Below are positions 1-12,700 of a DNA stretch of 64,000 nt, piece after piece. Both the position numbers and the translations under genes were made by a program. The stretch lies in contig OZ257156.1 of NCBI GenBank assembly GCA_965279375.1, forward strand, positions 3,488,001 through 3,552,000. Direction: 5' to 3'. Origin of the DNA: Gemmatimonas sp. (GTDB lineage Bacteria > Gemmatimonadota > Gemmatimonadetes > Gemmatimonadales > Gemmatimonadaceae). The notes beneath the pieces are model-generated. The model was not told the DNA's origin and ran no database searches. It worked only from the letters and a program-made list of their open reading frames with translations. Position 1 is the stretch's first letter. The number at the start of each line of letters is the position of its first letter.

Positions 1-215
1 TCGGCATCGCGTCGGCGCTTCGCCTTGTGATGCCGCTGCGCATTCCGGTGGACGCCGAAGTGGCGGGCATCGACATCAGCGAGCACGGCGAAGAGGCCTA
101 CCACAGCAGCGATCTCAGCGACCTGACCGGCCGAAGCACGGCACTCGGCGACTCGGTCGTGCTGTCGGCGAGCGAAATCTACGGCACTCCGGTGCCTCGC
201 AGCGCGAACGCGTAA
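1..215 (+). CDS. amtB: Ammonium transporter, C-terminal fragment (runs off window start)
   Basis: Frame 3 reads GIASALRLVMPLRIPVDAEVAGIDISEHGEEAY, matching the Amt C-terminal 'LRV..E..E..GLD..EHGE.AY' motif; stop TAA 213-215. Confidence 0.85.
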   Translation, partial: GIASALRLVMPLRIPVDAEVAGIDISEHGEEAYHSSDLSDLTGRSTALGDSVVLSASEIYGTPVPRSANA

Positions 216-247
216 CGCGTTCGCGCTCTGCGTCCGCGCGCTGCGGA

Positions 248-286
248 GACAAAAAAGGGGCGATCCGCGAGGATCGCCCCTTTGTC
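248..286. terminator. Bidirectional intrinsic terminator
   Basis: GACAAAAAAGGGGCGATCC-gcga-GGATCGCCCCTTTGTC hairpin with A and T tracts, between convergent amtB and the small minus-strand gene. Confidence 0.85.
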
Positions 287-306
287 ATTCGTGCTGCGCG
301 GTGGAC

Positions 307-465
307 TCAGCGCTTCGCGAACTTGTCCTGCGCCCACGTCATCGGAATCATGAACAACGGCGACAAGAACAGCCCGAGCAGGATGTTGATCCAGATCAGG
401 GCGCAGTAGTAGGCCGTCATGCCAAGCGAGGCCCAGATGGTGCCGAAAGTTCCGTGCGATTCCAC
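307..465 (-). CDS. Small membrane protein, 52 aa (not in ORF track)
   Basis: MESHGTFGTIWASLGMTAYYCALIWINILLGLFLSPLFMIPMTWAQDKFAKR*; GTG start with GGAG 7 nt upstream, GC3-rich codons, TACAAT -10-like hexamer (minus strand, 513-508), downstream terminator. Confidence 0.7.
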   Translation of the reverse strand: MESHGTFGTIWASLGMTAYYCALIWINILLGLFLSPLFMIPMTWAQDKFAKR

Positions 466-597
466 AGCAAATCTCCGGAGTGCGAAGTGCGGACGAGGTT
501 CGGAGTGATTGTAGCGATGTCAGCGCCGGGAAGGTAGGGGGGCGCGAAGACGGTTCCGGCAGTTGACGTAACGGCAGCCTGAGGTGATTTGTCCTCC

Positions 598-2004
598 ATG
601 GCCACCGAGGTAACGCCCGACGACCTGCTCCCCGTTCCAGACGACGCGGTCCCCACCGCGACACTATTGCGTGCCTCGCTGGACGTCGCGCTGGCCAACG
701 CGCCCGGTCCGCTGGTGCTCGCCGTCTCGGGCGGTCGGGATTCGATGGCGCTGCTGCACGCGATGGCGCGTTGGGCGCCGGAGCGGTTGGCCGCCGTCGC
801 CACGTACGACCACGCGACGGGCGGGTACGCGACCGACGCTGCGGCGCTGGTGGCCGCCGAGGCTCGCAAGCTTGGCCTGACGGTGGTTCGTGAGCGCGCG
901 CGGGTCGCTGGCGTTTCCGAGGCCGCCTGGCGTAGCGGTCGATGGAGCTTTCTGCATCGGGTGGCGCGCGCGTACCGCGGACGGATCGCGACGGCCCACA
1001 CGCGCGACGATCAGGTGGAGACCGTGGTCATGCGCCTGTTGCGCGGCGCTGGCGCGCGCGGTCTGGCGGCACTGGCTGCGCCGTCGCCAGTCGTGCGGCC
1101 ATGGCTCGCCGTCTCGCGCGCGGAGGTCGCAGCGTGGGCGCGCGCGGAGGCGCTCCAGTACCTCGAGGATCCGACCAACGCGACGCTGCATTTCCTGCGC
1201 GGGCGGATGCGGCACGATCTGCTGCCCGTGCTGGAGGCAGCGCATCCAGGGTTCGCCGATGAGATGCTGCGCGTCGGGGATCAGGCTGCGCGCTGGCGAC
1301 AGGAAGTCGAGGCATTCGTCGACGCGCTGCCGATCGTCTCGCTTGGCGCCACGCGCCTGCAACTTCCCACCCGGCCGCTCGTGCAGACCACCGACGAGGG
1401 TCGCGCGGTGCTCTGGGCAGCCCTCTTTGGTCGGGTCGGTGTGGCGATCGATGCACACGGAACTCGTGCGTTGGTTCGGTTTACTGACGGGGACCGAATC
1501 GGCGCGTATCTCTCGATTGCTGGCGGAGCGACGGTCATTCGTCGTCGGATCGAGCAGATGGACGTGTTTGAAGTGCGGGGGCCGAGTGTGGGCGCGGTTG
1601 CGCCGACGGTCGTCACGAGTGCGAGCACGGCCGCCTTGCCGGCGCGATGGGGGCGCTGGCGTTTTCGAGAAGCCGGGGGATCGAGCGGTGCGGTGTCGCG
1701 GAACACGGCAGAGGAGCGTAGTCAGAGCGCGTGGCACTGTCCCGTGCCAAGTCAGGCGCCGCTCACCGTGCGCGCGTGGAACCCGGGCGATCGCATCCGT
1801 ACGGCTGGTGCACGCGCGGGGAGACGTGTGACGCGGTATTTTGCAGAAGCAGGTGTGCCCGCACTTGACCGGCCGGGTTGGCCGGTCGTCCTGCAGGCTG
1901 AGGAGATCGTGTGGGTTCCCGGAGTTTGCCGCAGCGTCGCGGCCCCGAACCGGCCCGGAAGGTCGGATTTGATCTGGTACCGGTGTGAGCGCGAGCGCGA
2001 CTGA
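598..2004 (+). CDS. tilS: tRNA(Ile)-lysidine synthetase
   Basis: [10 protein letters not shown]-loop, [17 protein letters not shown]-terminal TilS domain; tilS-hpt-ftsH synteny. Confidence 0.93.
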   Translation: MATEVTPDDLLPVPDDAVPTATLLRASLDVALANAPGPLVLAVSGGRDSMALLHAMARWAPERLAAVATYDHATGGYATDAAALVAAEARKLGLTVVRERARVAGVSEAAWRSGRWSFLHRVARAYRGRIATAHTRDDQVETVVMRLLRGAGARGLAALAAPSPVVRPWLAVSRAEVAAWARAEALQYLEDPTNATLHFLRGRMRHDLLPVLEAAHPGFADEMLRVGDQAARWRQEVEAFVDALPIVSLGATRLQLPTRPLVQTTDEGRAVLWAALFGRVGVAIDAHGTRALVRFTDGDRIGAYLSIAGGATVIRRRIEQMDVFEVRGPSVGAVAPTVVTSASTAALPARWGRWRFREAGGSSGAVSRNTAEERSQSAWHCPVPSQAPLTVRAWNPGDRIRTAGARAGRRVTRYFAEAGVPALDRPGWPVVLQAEEIVWVPGVCRSVAAPNRPGRSDLIWYRCERERD

Positions 2005-2572
2005 GCACGAACAGCAGGGCAACCCCGAGCAGCCCGCCGACCCGCGTCTCGATGGACGAGCGGTCAAGCGGATCGTGTACGACGCCGCGACGATTCAGCA
2101 GCGCGTGCGCGAACTCGGCGCAGAAATCACGGCCGCGTATCCCGATGGCGACCTGCTCGTTCTCGGCTTGTTGAAGGGCAGCTTCATTTTTCTCAGCGAC
2201 CTCGTGCGCGACATCGCGCGGCCGCTTCAGGTCGATTTTCTCGTCGCCTCATCGTACGGCGACGCGATGGAATCGAGCGGAGTTGTACGTTTGCTCTACG
2301 ATCCGGAAACGGAATTGGAGGGCAAACACATTCTTCTCGTTGAAGACATCGTGGATTCCGGGCGGACGCTCAATCGCCTCATTGAACTGCTGGGCGAGCG
2401 GAAGCCGCGGTCACTCGAAATCTGCGCGTTGTTGCACAAGCACATTGCCACGGAGCTGTCGCACCCTACACAGTTCATAGGGTTTGACGCTCCACATGAA
2501 TTTCTGGTCGGATATGGTCTCGACCACGCAGAGAACTTCCGGCACCTCCCGTACGTCGCAAGCCTGCAGTAA
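1985..2572 (+). CDS. hpt: Hypoxanthine phosphoribosyltransferase
   Basis: [24 protein letters not shown]-binding loop, FLVGYGLD. Confidence 0.95.
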   Translation: MSASATEHEQQGNPEQPADPRLDGRAVKRIVYDAATIQQRVRELGAEITAAYPDGDLLVLGLLKGSFIFLSDLVRDIARPLQVDFLVASSYGDAMESSGVVRLLYDPETELEGKHILLVEDIVDSGRTLNRLIELLGERKPRSLEICALLHKHIATELSHPTQFIGFDAPHEFLVGYGLDHAENFRHLPYVASLQ

Positions 2573-2584
2573 CCAGGTCACACG

Positions 2585-4573
<1,989 letters not shown>

Positions 4574-4608
4574 CCGCCGATTGCAGTGCCCGTAGTGATG
4601 CCCGTACG

Positions 4609-4651
4609 CGAGCGGGTCCGGAGACAGCTGATCCGGACCCGCTCGTCGTTT
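4609..4651 (+). terminator. Stem-loop / probable terminator after ftsH
   Basis: 14-bp perfect stem CGAGCGGGTCCGGA / TCCGGACCCGCTCG followed by TCGTTT. Confidence 0.6.
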
Positions 4652-4676
4652 CCCCTCTGCCCATCGCCTATTCCGC

Positions 4677-5477
4677 GTGAACGACCTCGAACTGCTGCGC
4701 GCGTTGCACTTCACCTGGCGGGACGGCCTCGAGATCGCGGTCGTCGCCCTGATTTTTCATCGAATCCTGCGATTGATCGAGGGCACTCGCGCGCTGCAGA
4801 TGCTGGCCGGGATCGTGGTACTGGTGGGCGCGTATGCGGTGGCGTGGTTTCTCAAGCTGACGATGATCACCTACCTGCTTGGGCTGGTGTTCACGTACGG
4901 TGCGTTCGCGCTGCTGATCATCTTCCAACCGGAGCTGCGCGCCGCGCTCGCGCACTTGGGGCAGGCGCAGGTCACGCGCTTCTTCCGGCGTCTCGATCAG
5001 GGACCCATCGAGGAGGAGATCGCCGATGCCGTGGAACGGCTCTCACGCTCGGGCATCGGTGCGATCATCGCCGTCGAGCGTGATGTGCCGCTCAGTGATT
5101 TCGTGGAGAGTGGTTCCGCAATGCAAGCCAAGCTCACCGCCGATCTGTTGGCGACGATCTTCACGCCATACTCGCCGCTGCACGATGGCGCCGTGATCGT
5201 GCGCGGGGACAGCATCGTTGGCGCGGGGTGCATTCTGCCGTTGTCGCAGTCGGTGGTCGCCGATCGGTCGCTCGGCACGCGGCATCGCGCCGCGCTGGGA
5301 TTGAGTGAAGAGAGCGACGCACTGGTGATTGTGGTGTCGGAGGAGTCGGCGAGCGTGTCGATCGCGCAGGGTGGCGTACTGCGCCAGCGACTCACCTCCA
5401 CACAGGTGCGCGATCTGTTGGCGGGTCGAGAGCCTCGTCCGACCGCGGAGTTCGCTGTCGCGGGCCGCGTGGCGTGA
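4677..5477 (+). CDS. cdaA: Diadenylate cyclase CdaA (c-di-AMP synthase)
   Basis: Three N-terminal TM helices, IIFQPELR, DAC motifs PLHDGA and LGTRHRAA. Confidence 0.93.
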   Translation: MNDLELLRALHFTWRDGLEIAVVALIFHRILRLIEGTRALQMLAGIVVLVGAYAVAWFLKLTMITYLLGLVFTYGAFALLIIFQPELRAALAHLGQAQVTRFFRRLDQGPIEEEIADAVERLSRSGIGAIIAVERDVPLSDFVESGSAMQAKLTADLLATIFTPYSPLHDGAVIVRGDSIVGAGCILPLSQSVVADRSLGTRHRAALGLSEESDALVIVVSEESASVSIAQGGVLRQRLTSTQVRDLLAGREPRPTAEFAVAGRVA

Positions 5478-7333
5478 GTGCGTTGGCTCAAGCGGCGCCG
5501 CGCGGACGCGCCCGTCGCAAGCTTCCGGCGTTGCCATCGTCGCTCGTTGCCGGCGTAGTCACCTTCGTCGTGTTGCTCGCGACGTATCTGCGCACTGCGG
5601 CGCCAGATCTCTCCTTCTGGGATGCGTCGGAGCTGACGACCGCCGCACACACCTTCGGCATTCCACATCCGCCGGGCACGCCGCTTTGGGTGGCGCTGGG
5701 GCGCGTCGCTGCGCTGGTCTTTTCGGCCGCGGGGCCTGCGCGCGCCGTGACTTTGCTGTCGGTGTGGGCCACGGCCGCGGCAGGTGCGTTGGGTGCGGCG
5801 ATGGCCACGCGATGGATTGGCGCGCGGGGCGCGGTGGCAGCGGCCGTAGGCGCCGGCACAATGATGTCGGTGTGGGCCAACGCCACGGAGACTGAGGTCT
5901 ACGCAGTCTCGCTGCTGCTGTCTGTGGCGATGCTCCTTGCCGGTGAACGGGCGGGGCGCACAACGCTCGATAAAACCGACCGCGCACGCTGGCGTGCTCT
6001 GCTCGCGTTTCTGGCAGCGCTGTCGGTGCCGGTGCATCTGAGCGCGCTGGTGGCGTTGCCTGCCGCGATGGCATTGGCATGGCATGGTCCTCGCCCGACG
6101 CGTCGTGAGGTGGCCACGTGGGTTGCGCTAATGGCGCTCGCGCTCTCTGCCGTTGCGATCCTGCCACTGCGCGCGCAGCACGCGCCTTTGCTGAACTCCG
6201 GGCGGCCCGTGTCGCTGGATGCGCTGCTCGCGGTGCTGCGCCGCGATCAATACGCCGTGGCCGGCTTGTGGCCACGTTCCGCGCCGCTGTGGCTGCAACT
6301 CGGCAACGTCTTCGAGTGGGCGGACTGGCAAGTGGCGTTCGGATTGCACCCCGTCGCGCCGCCCGCGTTCAGCCGTACCGCGTTGAGCGTGGTGTGGGGC
6401 TGGCTCTCGCTGTTGGGCGCGCGCACGCTCTGGCAACACGACCGTCGAGTGGCGCGCGGCATGGCGCTGTTGGTGCTAAGCGGAACGGTGGGCGTGGCGC
6501 TCTGGCTCAACCTCAAGGCGGGTCCGTCTTTCGGAGACGGGGTGCTGGCCTTGGGAGCAGCTCATGAAGCGCGCGAGCGCGACTACTTCTTTGCGCTGGG
6601 GTTCTGGGCGTGGGGACTGCTCGCGGGCATCGGACTGAGTGGAATCGCCACGCGCTTGCTGCGGAGCGTTCCCGCGGCCATCGCGCCGGCGATGCTGCTC
6701 GTGGCCGTAGTCCCCATGCTGGCCAACTCGCCGGTGATGGACCGCGGGCGTGAGCCGGCGTCGGTGCTGCCGCGTGCGTACGCGCGCCTGCTGCTGGACG
6801 CCGTGCCGAACGGCGGCGTACTGCTGTCGGCGGGCGACAACGACACGTTCCCGCTCTGGTACCTGCAGCAGGTGGAGGACTACCGCACCGATGTGACCGT
6901 GGTGACGGTCCCGCTGCTCGGCGCAGCTTGGTTCCGAGAGGAGCTTGCCGCGCGCTATCGACTGTTGGACTCGAGTGAGATCACGCGGTCCGGCGCGTTT
7001 GGCGCGGCCGTGGTTCGTCGGGCGGTGCGCAACGGACGCGCGGTGCGCGTGAGCGCGCTGCTGAGCGGAGCTGATCGCCGTGCGCTCGATGCGAATGCAG
7101 GGTGGGTGCTGGAAGGGCTCGTCTACGCGCCGAGTGCAGACGTCCCAATCGGGAGTGTTGGGCTGGATCTATCGCGGCTCCGGCAGGCCAGGGACAGGGT
7201 GCCGCCGGGACTGCTGGCGCCACTGGCGCCGGGAACCGATCCGGCCGGCGAGCAGCTGCAGTCGTTGTTGCGCTGCGCGACCGTCGTGCGGCTCGACGAC
7301 CCTTTACTTGTGTCCTCCTGTGGGGGCGCGTAA
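5474..7333 (+). CDS. DUF2723 / TMEM260-like multi-pass membrane glycosyltransferase-fold protein
   Basis: FWDASEL...GIPHPPGTPLW, EARERDYFF and GDNDTFPLWYLQ motifs typical of DUF2723; many TM helices. Confidence 0.8.
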   Translation: MSALAQAAPRGRARRKLPALPSSLVAGVVTFVVLLATYLRTAAPDLSFWDASELTTAAHTFGIPHPPGTPLWVALGRVAALVFSAAGPARAVTLLSVWATAAAGALGAAMATRWIGARGAVAAAVGAGTMMSVWANATETEVYAVSLLLSVAMLLAGERAGRTTLDKTDRARWRALLAFLAALSVPVHLSALVALPAAMALAWHGPRPTRREVATWVALMALALSAVAILPLRAQHAPLLNSGRPVSLDALLAVLRRDQYAVAGLWPRSAPLWLQLGNVFEWADWQVAFGLHPVAPPAFSRTALSVVWGWLSLLGARTLWQHDRRVARGMALLVLSGTVGVALWLNLKAGPSFGDGVLALGAAHEARERDYFFALGFWAWGLLAGIGLSGIATRLLRSVPAAIAPAMLLVAVVPMLANSPVMDRGREPASVLPRAYARLLLDAVPNGGVLLSAGDNDTFPLWYLQQVEDYRTDVTVVTVPLLGAAWFREELAARYRLLDSSEITRSGAFGAAVVRRAVRNGRAVRVSALLSGADRRALDANAGWVLEGLVYAPSADVPIGSVGLDLSRLRQARDRVPPGLLAPLAPGTDPAGEQLQSLLRCATVVRLDDPLLVSSCGGA

Positions 7334-7344
7334 CCTTATGTGCT

Positions 7345-8061
7345 ATGCGAATTTCGGACCTTCCAACGGATGTCGCGTCCGCGTATGACGCGACCGTGGC
7401 TGGTCGTGTGGCGGAGGTGCGCGAGCGCATGGATGCCGCGCGAGTTCGCGGCGGCCACGGCCAGTCGCTGACGCTCGTAGCGGTGACCAAGACGCACGGC
7501 CCAGAGGCGGTGCGCGCGGCGTTCAACGCCGGAGTTGCCGACGTGGGAGAGAACCGCGTCCAGGAAGCCGAATCCAAGATGGCCGTCGTCACGGAGCCCG
7601 TGCGCTGGCACCTGATCGGGCACCTGCAGCGCAACAAGGCCAAGTCGGCGGTGCGGTTCGATCTGGTGCACAGCATGGACAGCGAACGGCTCGCTGAGGC
7701 GCTGTCCGCGGCGGCTGTGGGCGCCGGACGCGTGTTGGACGTCCTCCTGCAAGTGAACGTGAGCGGCGAAGGCACCAAGAGCGGTGTCGCGCCAGCGGAT
7801 GTCGCCCCACTGGCCGACCGCCTGCGCGTGCTACCCGGACTTCGCGTCGTGGGTGCGATGACGATGGCCCCGTTCGATGCGCCCGAAGTCGTGCTGCGGG
7901 AAGTGTTTACGGGTGCGCGCGCGGCGTTGGCACTGCTCGCCGCCGCGGGTCATCCGGCGTCCGTGCTGAGCATGGGGATGTCCGGTGATTACGAGCTCGC
8001 CATCGAAGAGGGGGCCACCCACGTGCGACTCGGTACCGTGTTGTTCGGCGATCGGGGCTAG
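7345..8061 (+). CDS. yggS: YggS/PLPBP pyridoxal-phosphate homeostasis protein
   Basis: VAVTKT (PLP Lys), GENRVQEA, WHLIGHLQRNK, LSMGMSGDY, VRLGT; start inferred at ATG 7345. Confidence 0.92.
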   Translation: MRISDLPTDVASAYDATVAGRVAEVRERMDAARVRGGHGQSLTLVAVTKTHGPEAVRAAFNAGVADVGENRVQEAESKMAVVTEPVRWHLIGHLQRNKAKSAVRFDLVHSMDSERLAEALSAAAVGAGRVLDVLLQVNVSGEGTKSGVAPADVAPLADRLRVLPGLRVVGAMTMAPFDAPEVVLREVFTGARAALALLAAAGHPASVLSMGMSGDYELAIEEGATHVRLGTVLFGDRG

Positions 8062-8126
8062 CACTCGTTTATGTTTGGCATGCTCTCTCGCCCACACGCT
8101 CGCGGCCGCCATTTTCTGGAGTCTGC

Positions 8127-8765
8127 ATGACGGACGACGCCTTCCACCTGACAGCGCTGGATGTCCGGCGCTACGACTTCGGCAATGCCCTCCGGGGCTA
8201 CGACCGTGCGCGCGTCGATCAGTTCCGCGATCAGGTCGCGGAAGAGCTGGAGCGCCTGTCGCGCGTCAACCAGGAGCTCGAGACCAAGGCGCGCAACTTT
8301 CACGAGCAGCTCAAGGCATTTCGCGAGCGTGACAAGGCGCTCAACGAGGCGTTGGTGAGCGCGCAGCAGCTGCGTGGCGAAATTCGTCAGCAGGCGGAGC
8401 GTGAAGCGCAGCTGATCGTGCGAGAGGCGCAGGCGGAAGCGGGGAATGCGGTGCAGCAGGTACGCGAAGATGTGCGTCGCGCCGAGGAAGAGCTGCAGCA
8501 GCTGTGGCGCGCACGCCGGACGTATCTGGCGCAGTTGCGGCATCATCTCGAACGGCAGCTCACTGAACTTGCTGCAGCGGAAGACGAACCGGTTCCGGCG
8601 TTCGGGCAGATGCGTGAGCCGAGCAGTCGCGCGACGCCACGCGAAGCCGCTCCGACGCTGCCGCCTCGGTCTGCGCCCGAGACGACTGAAACTCCCTCTG
8701 AGCGCGACTCGTCGCGGCCGCGTATTGCGACGCCCTCGTGGCTGGACGTGGTGGAGGAAAATTGA
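8127..8765 (+). CDS. divIVA: DivIVA-domain coiled-coil protein
   Basis: [11 protein letters not shown]...[12 protein letters not shown]ivIVA N-terminal motif, then coiled coil and Pro-rich tail; GGAG RBS. Confidence 0.88.
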   Translation: MTDDAFHLTALDVRRYDFGNALRGYDRARVDQFRDQVAEELERLSRVNQELETKARNFHEQLKAFRERDKALNEALVSAQQLRGEIRQQAEREAQLIVREAQAEAGNAVQQVREDVRRAEEELQQLWRARRTYLAQLRHHLERQLTELAAAEDEPVPAFGQMREPSSRATPREAAPTLPPRSAPETTETPSERDSSRPRIATPSWLDVVEEN

Positions 8766-9660
8766 GAACGCCCGAGACGTTTCCTCAGCTGCAGTACACG
8801 CAGGAGCACAAGGCCGTCGGCCTCGCGCATCCCGCGCTGGGGCTGCACGCACGTGAGCGGATCGAGGCCTGCGCGCAGGCGGTGCGTGCGCGATTCAACA
8901 AGCCGCTCGACGCCGCGATCATCCTCGGTACTGGGCTCGGTGGGCTCGTCGACGAAATCGCCGTGGAAACGGTGATCGAGTACAGCGATCTCCCCAATTT
9001 CCCGCTCTCCACGGTGGAGTCGCACAAGGGGCGACTGCTGTGCGGAACGCTGTCGGGTAAGACGGTGATCGCCATGCAAGGGCGCTTTCATCGCTACGAG
9101 GCTATTCGCTGCAGCAGGTGACGTTCCCGGTGCGCGTGCTGCGCGCGCTGGGTGCGACCACGCTGGTGGTGAGCAACGCGTGCGGCGGCATGCATCCGTT
9201 GTGGGCGCCGGGCGATCTGATGCTCATCGCGGATCATCTCAACCTGCTGGGCGACAATCCGCTCATCGGCCCCAACGACGACGCACTCGGCCCGCGCTTT
9301 CCGGACATGAGCGCGCCGTACGACGCCGGTTTGCGCAGCATCGCACGCGAAGTGGCGACCGCCAACGGCATCATGATGCGCGAAGGAGTGTATGCAGCGG
9401 TGCAGGGGCCTAACCTCGAAACGCGTGCCGAGTATCGCTTTCTGCGCGCGGTCGGTGCGGATGTGGTGGGGATGTCCACCGTACCTGAGGTAATCGTGGC
9501 GCGACATGGCGGCATGCGCGTGCTGGGGCTCTCGATCATCACGGATCAGTGTCTGCCCGACGCGCTTGAAGAGGCGAGTCTGGAGCAGATCATTGGTGTT
9601 GCGCGCGGAGCGGAGCCCAAGCTGTCTGCGGTGGTGAAGGGCGTGATTGCCCGTCTGTAG
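8762..9660 (+). pseudogene. punA: Purine-nucleoside phosphorylase, split by a 1-nt deletion near 9100 (pseudogene or sequencing error)
   Basis: IILGTGLG...QGRFHRYE in one frame; [13 protein letters not shown]...GPNLETRAE...VGMSTVPE in another; one extra G in GAGG restores the conserved RYEGYS. Confidence 0.85.
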
Positions 9661-9737
9661 GACGTGGTTAAGGTATTTCGAACTAAGCACATCCTGACGC
9701 GCCGATTGCGGCGCACTCGTTTCTCTCTCGCTCGTCC

Positions 9738-12700
9738 ATGACAGAACCGCTGTACCCGCTGCTTCCTGATGTCGGTGCCGATGCGTTTGAGTCGGAGTTG
9801 CTGGCGCACTGGGAAGAAGAGAAGCTGTTCGAAGCCACCCTCGAGGCGCGCAAGGATGCGCAGCCGTGGGTGTTCTTCGAGGGCCCGCCGACGGCCAATG
9901 GTCGCCCTGGCATTCATCACGTCTTCGCACGCACGATCAAGGATCTCTTCTGCCGCCACCGTGCGATGCAGGGGCACTTCGTGCGTCGCAAGGCTGGCTG
10001 GGATACGCACGGCCTGCCGGTTGAGATCGAAGTCGAGAAGGAGCTGCAGCGCGAAGAAGCGGAGCGACAGGGTGTGGACGTGTCGCAGATCGCCAAGCTG
10101 GGTGGCAAGCAGCTGATCGAGCAGACGGGCGTGGCGGAGTTCAATCGCCGCTGCCGCGAGAGCGTGTGGAAGTATCGCGGCGAGTGGGAGAAGCTGTCGC
10201 AGCGCACGGCGTATTGGCTCGACTACAGCGATCCGTACGTCACGTACCACAATGACTACGTGGAAAGCGTTTGGTGGGCGCTGCGCACGCTGCACGACAA
10301 GGGGATGCTCTTCAAGGGGCACAAGATCCTGCCGTACTGCGCGCGCTGTGGCACGGCGCTCTCCAGTCATGAAGTCGCGCAGGGTTACGACGACGTCGAA
10401 GATCCGAGCGTGTACGTGGCGCTCGATCTGCTCGATGCCAACGGACAGCCCACGCCCGGCGTGCGTCGCCGCATTCTCGTGTGGACCACCACGCCGTGGA
10501 CGCTGGTGTCCAATACCGCGCTGGCCGTGCACCCCGAGCTGCACTACGTCGAGCTGCGCAAGAAGAATACTGAACCCCGTGATACTGCGTGGACGATCAT
10601 CCTCGCGGAAGCACGCGTGCCGGCAGTGCTCGGCGGAGACTGGGCCGATCGCTGGGAGCAGGTGGGCGCGCACTATGGTTCGGCGCTCGTTGGGCTTCGC
10701 TACACGCGTCCGCTCGACTGGGTGCCGTATCCGGAAGAAGGCCGACACGAAGTGATCGTCGCCGAAGACTTCGTCTCGGCGGAGGACGGTAGCGGCATCG
10801 TGCACATGGCGCCGGCGTTCGGTGCGGACGACTACGCGGCGGGACAGCGCCATGGCTTGGCGTTTCTGCAGCCGGTGAACGCGCGCGGCGAATTCACGGC
10901 CGACATCCCCGAGGTGGGCGGTGTGTTCGTGAAGCAGGCCGACGCGCGCATCATCGAAGTACTCAAGGCGCGCGACGTGCTGTGGAAGGCGACGACCTTC
11001 GTGCACTCGTATCCGCACTGCTGGCGCTGCGGCACGCCGCTGCTGTACTACGCGCGCGGCTCGTGGTTCGTGCGCACGACGGCGGTGAAGGACGACTTGA
11101 TGGCGCGCAACGCGCTGGTGAACTGGAACCCCAGCGAAGTGGGCTCCGGTCGCTTCGGCGAGTGGCTGGCCAACAACGTGGACTGGGCGGTGTCGCGCGA
11201 TCGCTATTGGGGCACGCCGTTGCCGGTGTGGGTGAACGACGAAGATCCCTCCGAAATCGACGTCATCGGAAGCTTTGCCGATCTCGCCAAGCGACTCGGC
11301 CGCGAGTTGTCCGACGACTTCGATCCGCACAAGCCGCACATCGATTCGTACACGTGGCCTTCGCCGAGCGGCAAGGGCACGATGCGTCGCGTGCCGGAAG
11401 TGATCGACACGTGGTTCGATTCGGGCTCCATGCCCTTTGCGCAGTGGCACTATCCGTTCGAGAACACGGAGCTGGTGTCGCGGCAGTTCCCGGCGGATTT
11501 CATCGCCGAAGGCGTGGACCAGACGCGTGGCTGGTTCTACTCGCTGATTGCGATCGCGACCGGGTTGGGCGATGCGCTGCCCAACAACGGAGCCGGTACC
11601 GCAGCGCCTTACAAGGCCGTGGTGGTCAATGACCTCGTGCTCGACGCGACGGGACAGAAGATGTCCAAGAGCAAGGGCAACGTCGTCAATCCGTGGGAGG
11701 TGCTCTCGCGCCATGGTGCGGATGCGGTGCGACTGTTCCTGGTCGCATCAAGTCAGGTGTGGGTGCCGCGTCGTTTCGACGAGAACGCCATTCGCGAAAC
11801 CGCAGGGCGTTTCTTGCTCACGTTCCGGAACGTCTACAACGGCATCTTTGCGCAGTATGCCAACTTCGGTTGGACGCCGAGCGACAAGGATCCCGCTGTG
11901 GCGGATCGTCCCGCGCTCGATCGGTGGATTCTGTCGCGTTTGGCGCGCGTGGAGCGCGAGGCCGACCAGCATCTGACCAACTTCGACGCGACAATGGCCG
12001 CGCGTCGCGTGATGCAGTTCATGGACGACGACGTCTCCAAGTGGTACGTGCGGCTGACGCGTGCGCGCTTCTACGAGGTGGAGACGGCGGACAATCGTGC
12101 GGCCTTCGCCACGTTGCATGAAGTGCTGGCCGTGACATGTCGCCTGCTCGCTCCCTTTGCGCCGTTCATGACGGATGCGGTCCATCGTGCGCTCACCGGA
12201 ACGTCTGTGCACCTGGCGGACTATGTGCGCAAGACGCCGGCGCAGACGGACGATGCGCTCGAGACGGCGATGCAAGACATCCGCACGCTGGCCGGACTGG
12301 CGCGCGCCGCTCGCGACGTGGCGGATGTGAGTGTGCGGCAGCCGTTGCTGTCGCTGCAGTGCGTGGTGCCGGGCGATGCGACGGCGACCGCGGCGCTCGG
12401 CGATCTGCTGGCGGCGGAGCTGAACGTGAAGTCCGTGGAGTTCGTGACGTCCACCGACGCATTGGTGTCGCTGGAAGCCAAGGCGAACTTCCGCGCGCTG
12501 GGAAAGAAATTCGCGAAGGAAACGCCGCTCGTGGCGGCGGCCGTGCCGGACATGCCGGTCGATCTGCTGCGCAAGCTGGCGGCGGGGCGATCGGTCACGA
12601 TCGAAGTTGCCGGCGCGTGGCGCTTGATCGAGCCGGACGACGTCACCATCATCCGGCGCGCGTCGGGCGCCGCGGTGGTGCAGGAAGACGGTGGGTACGG

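Noticed and set aside
9092..9121. Programmed ribosomal frameshift in PNP
   Set aside because: No X XXY YYZ slippery site or obvious stimulatory structure; a simple G-run indel explains it
9661..9737. T-box riboswitch upstream of ileS, suggested by the Bacillus-like synteny
   Set aside because: The spacer is only 77 nt and lacks the GGTGGNACCGCG T-box sequence
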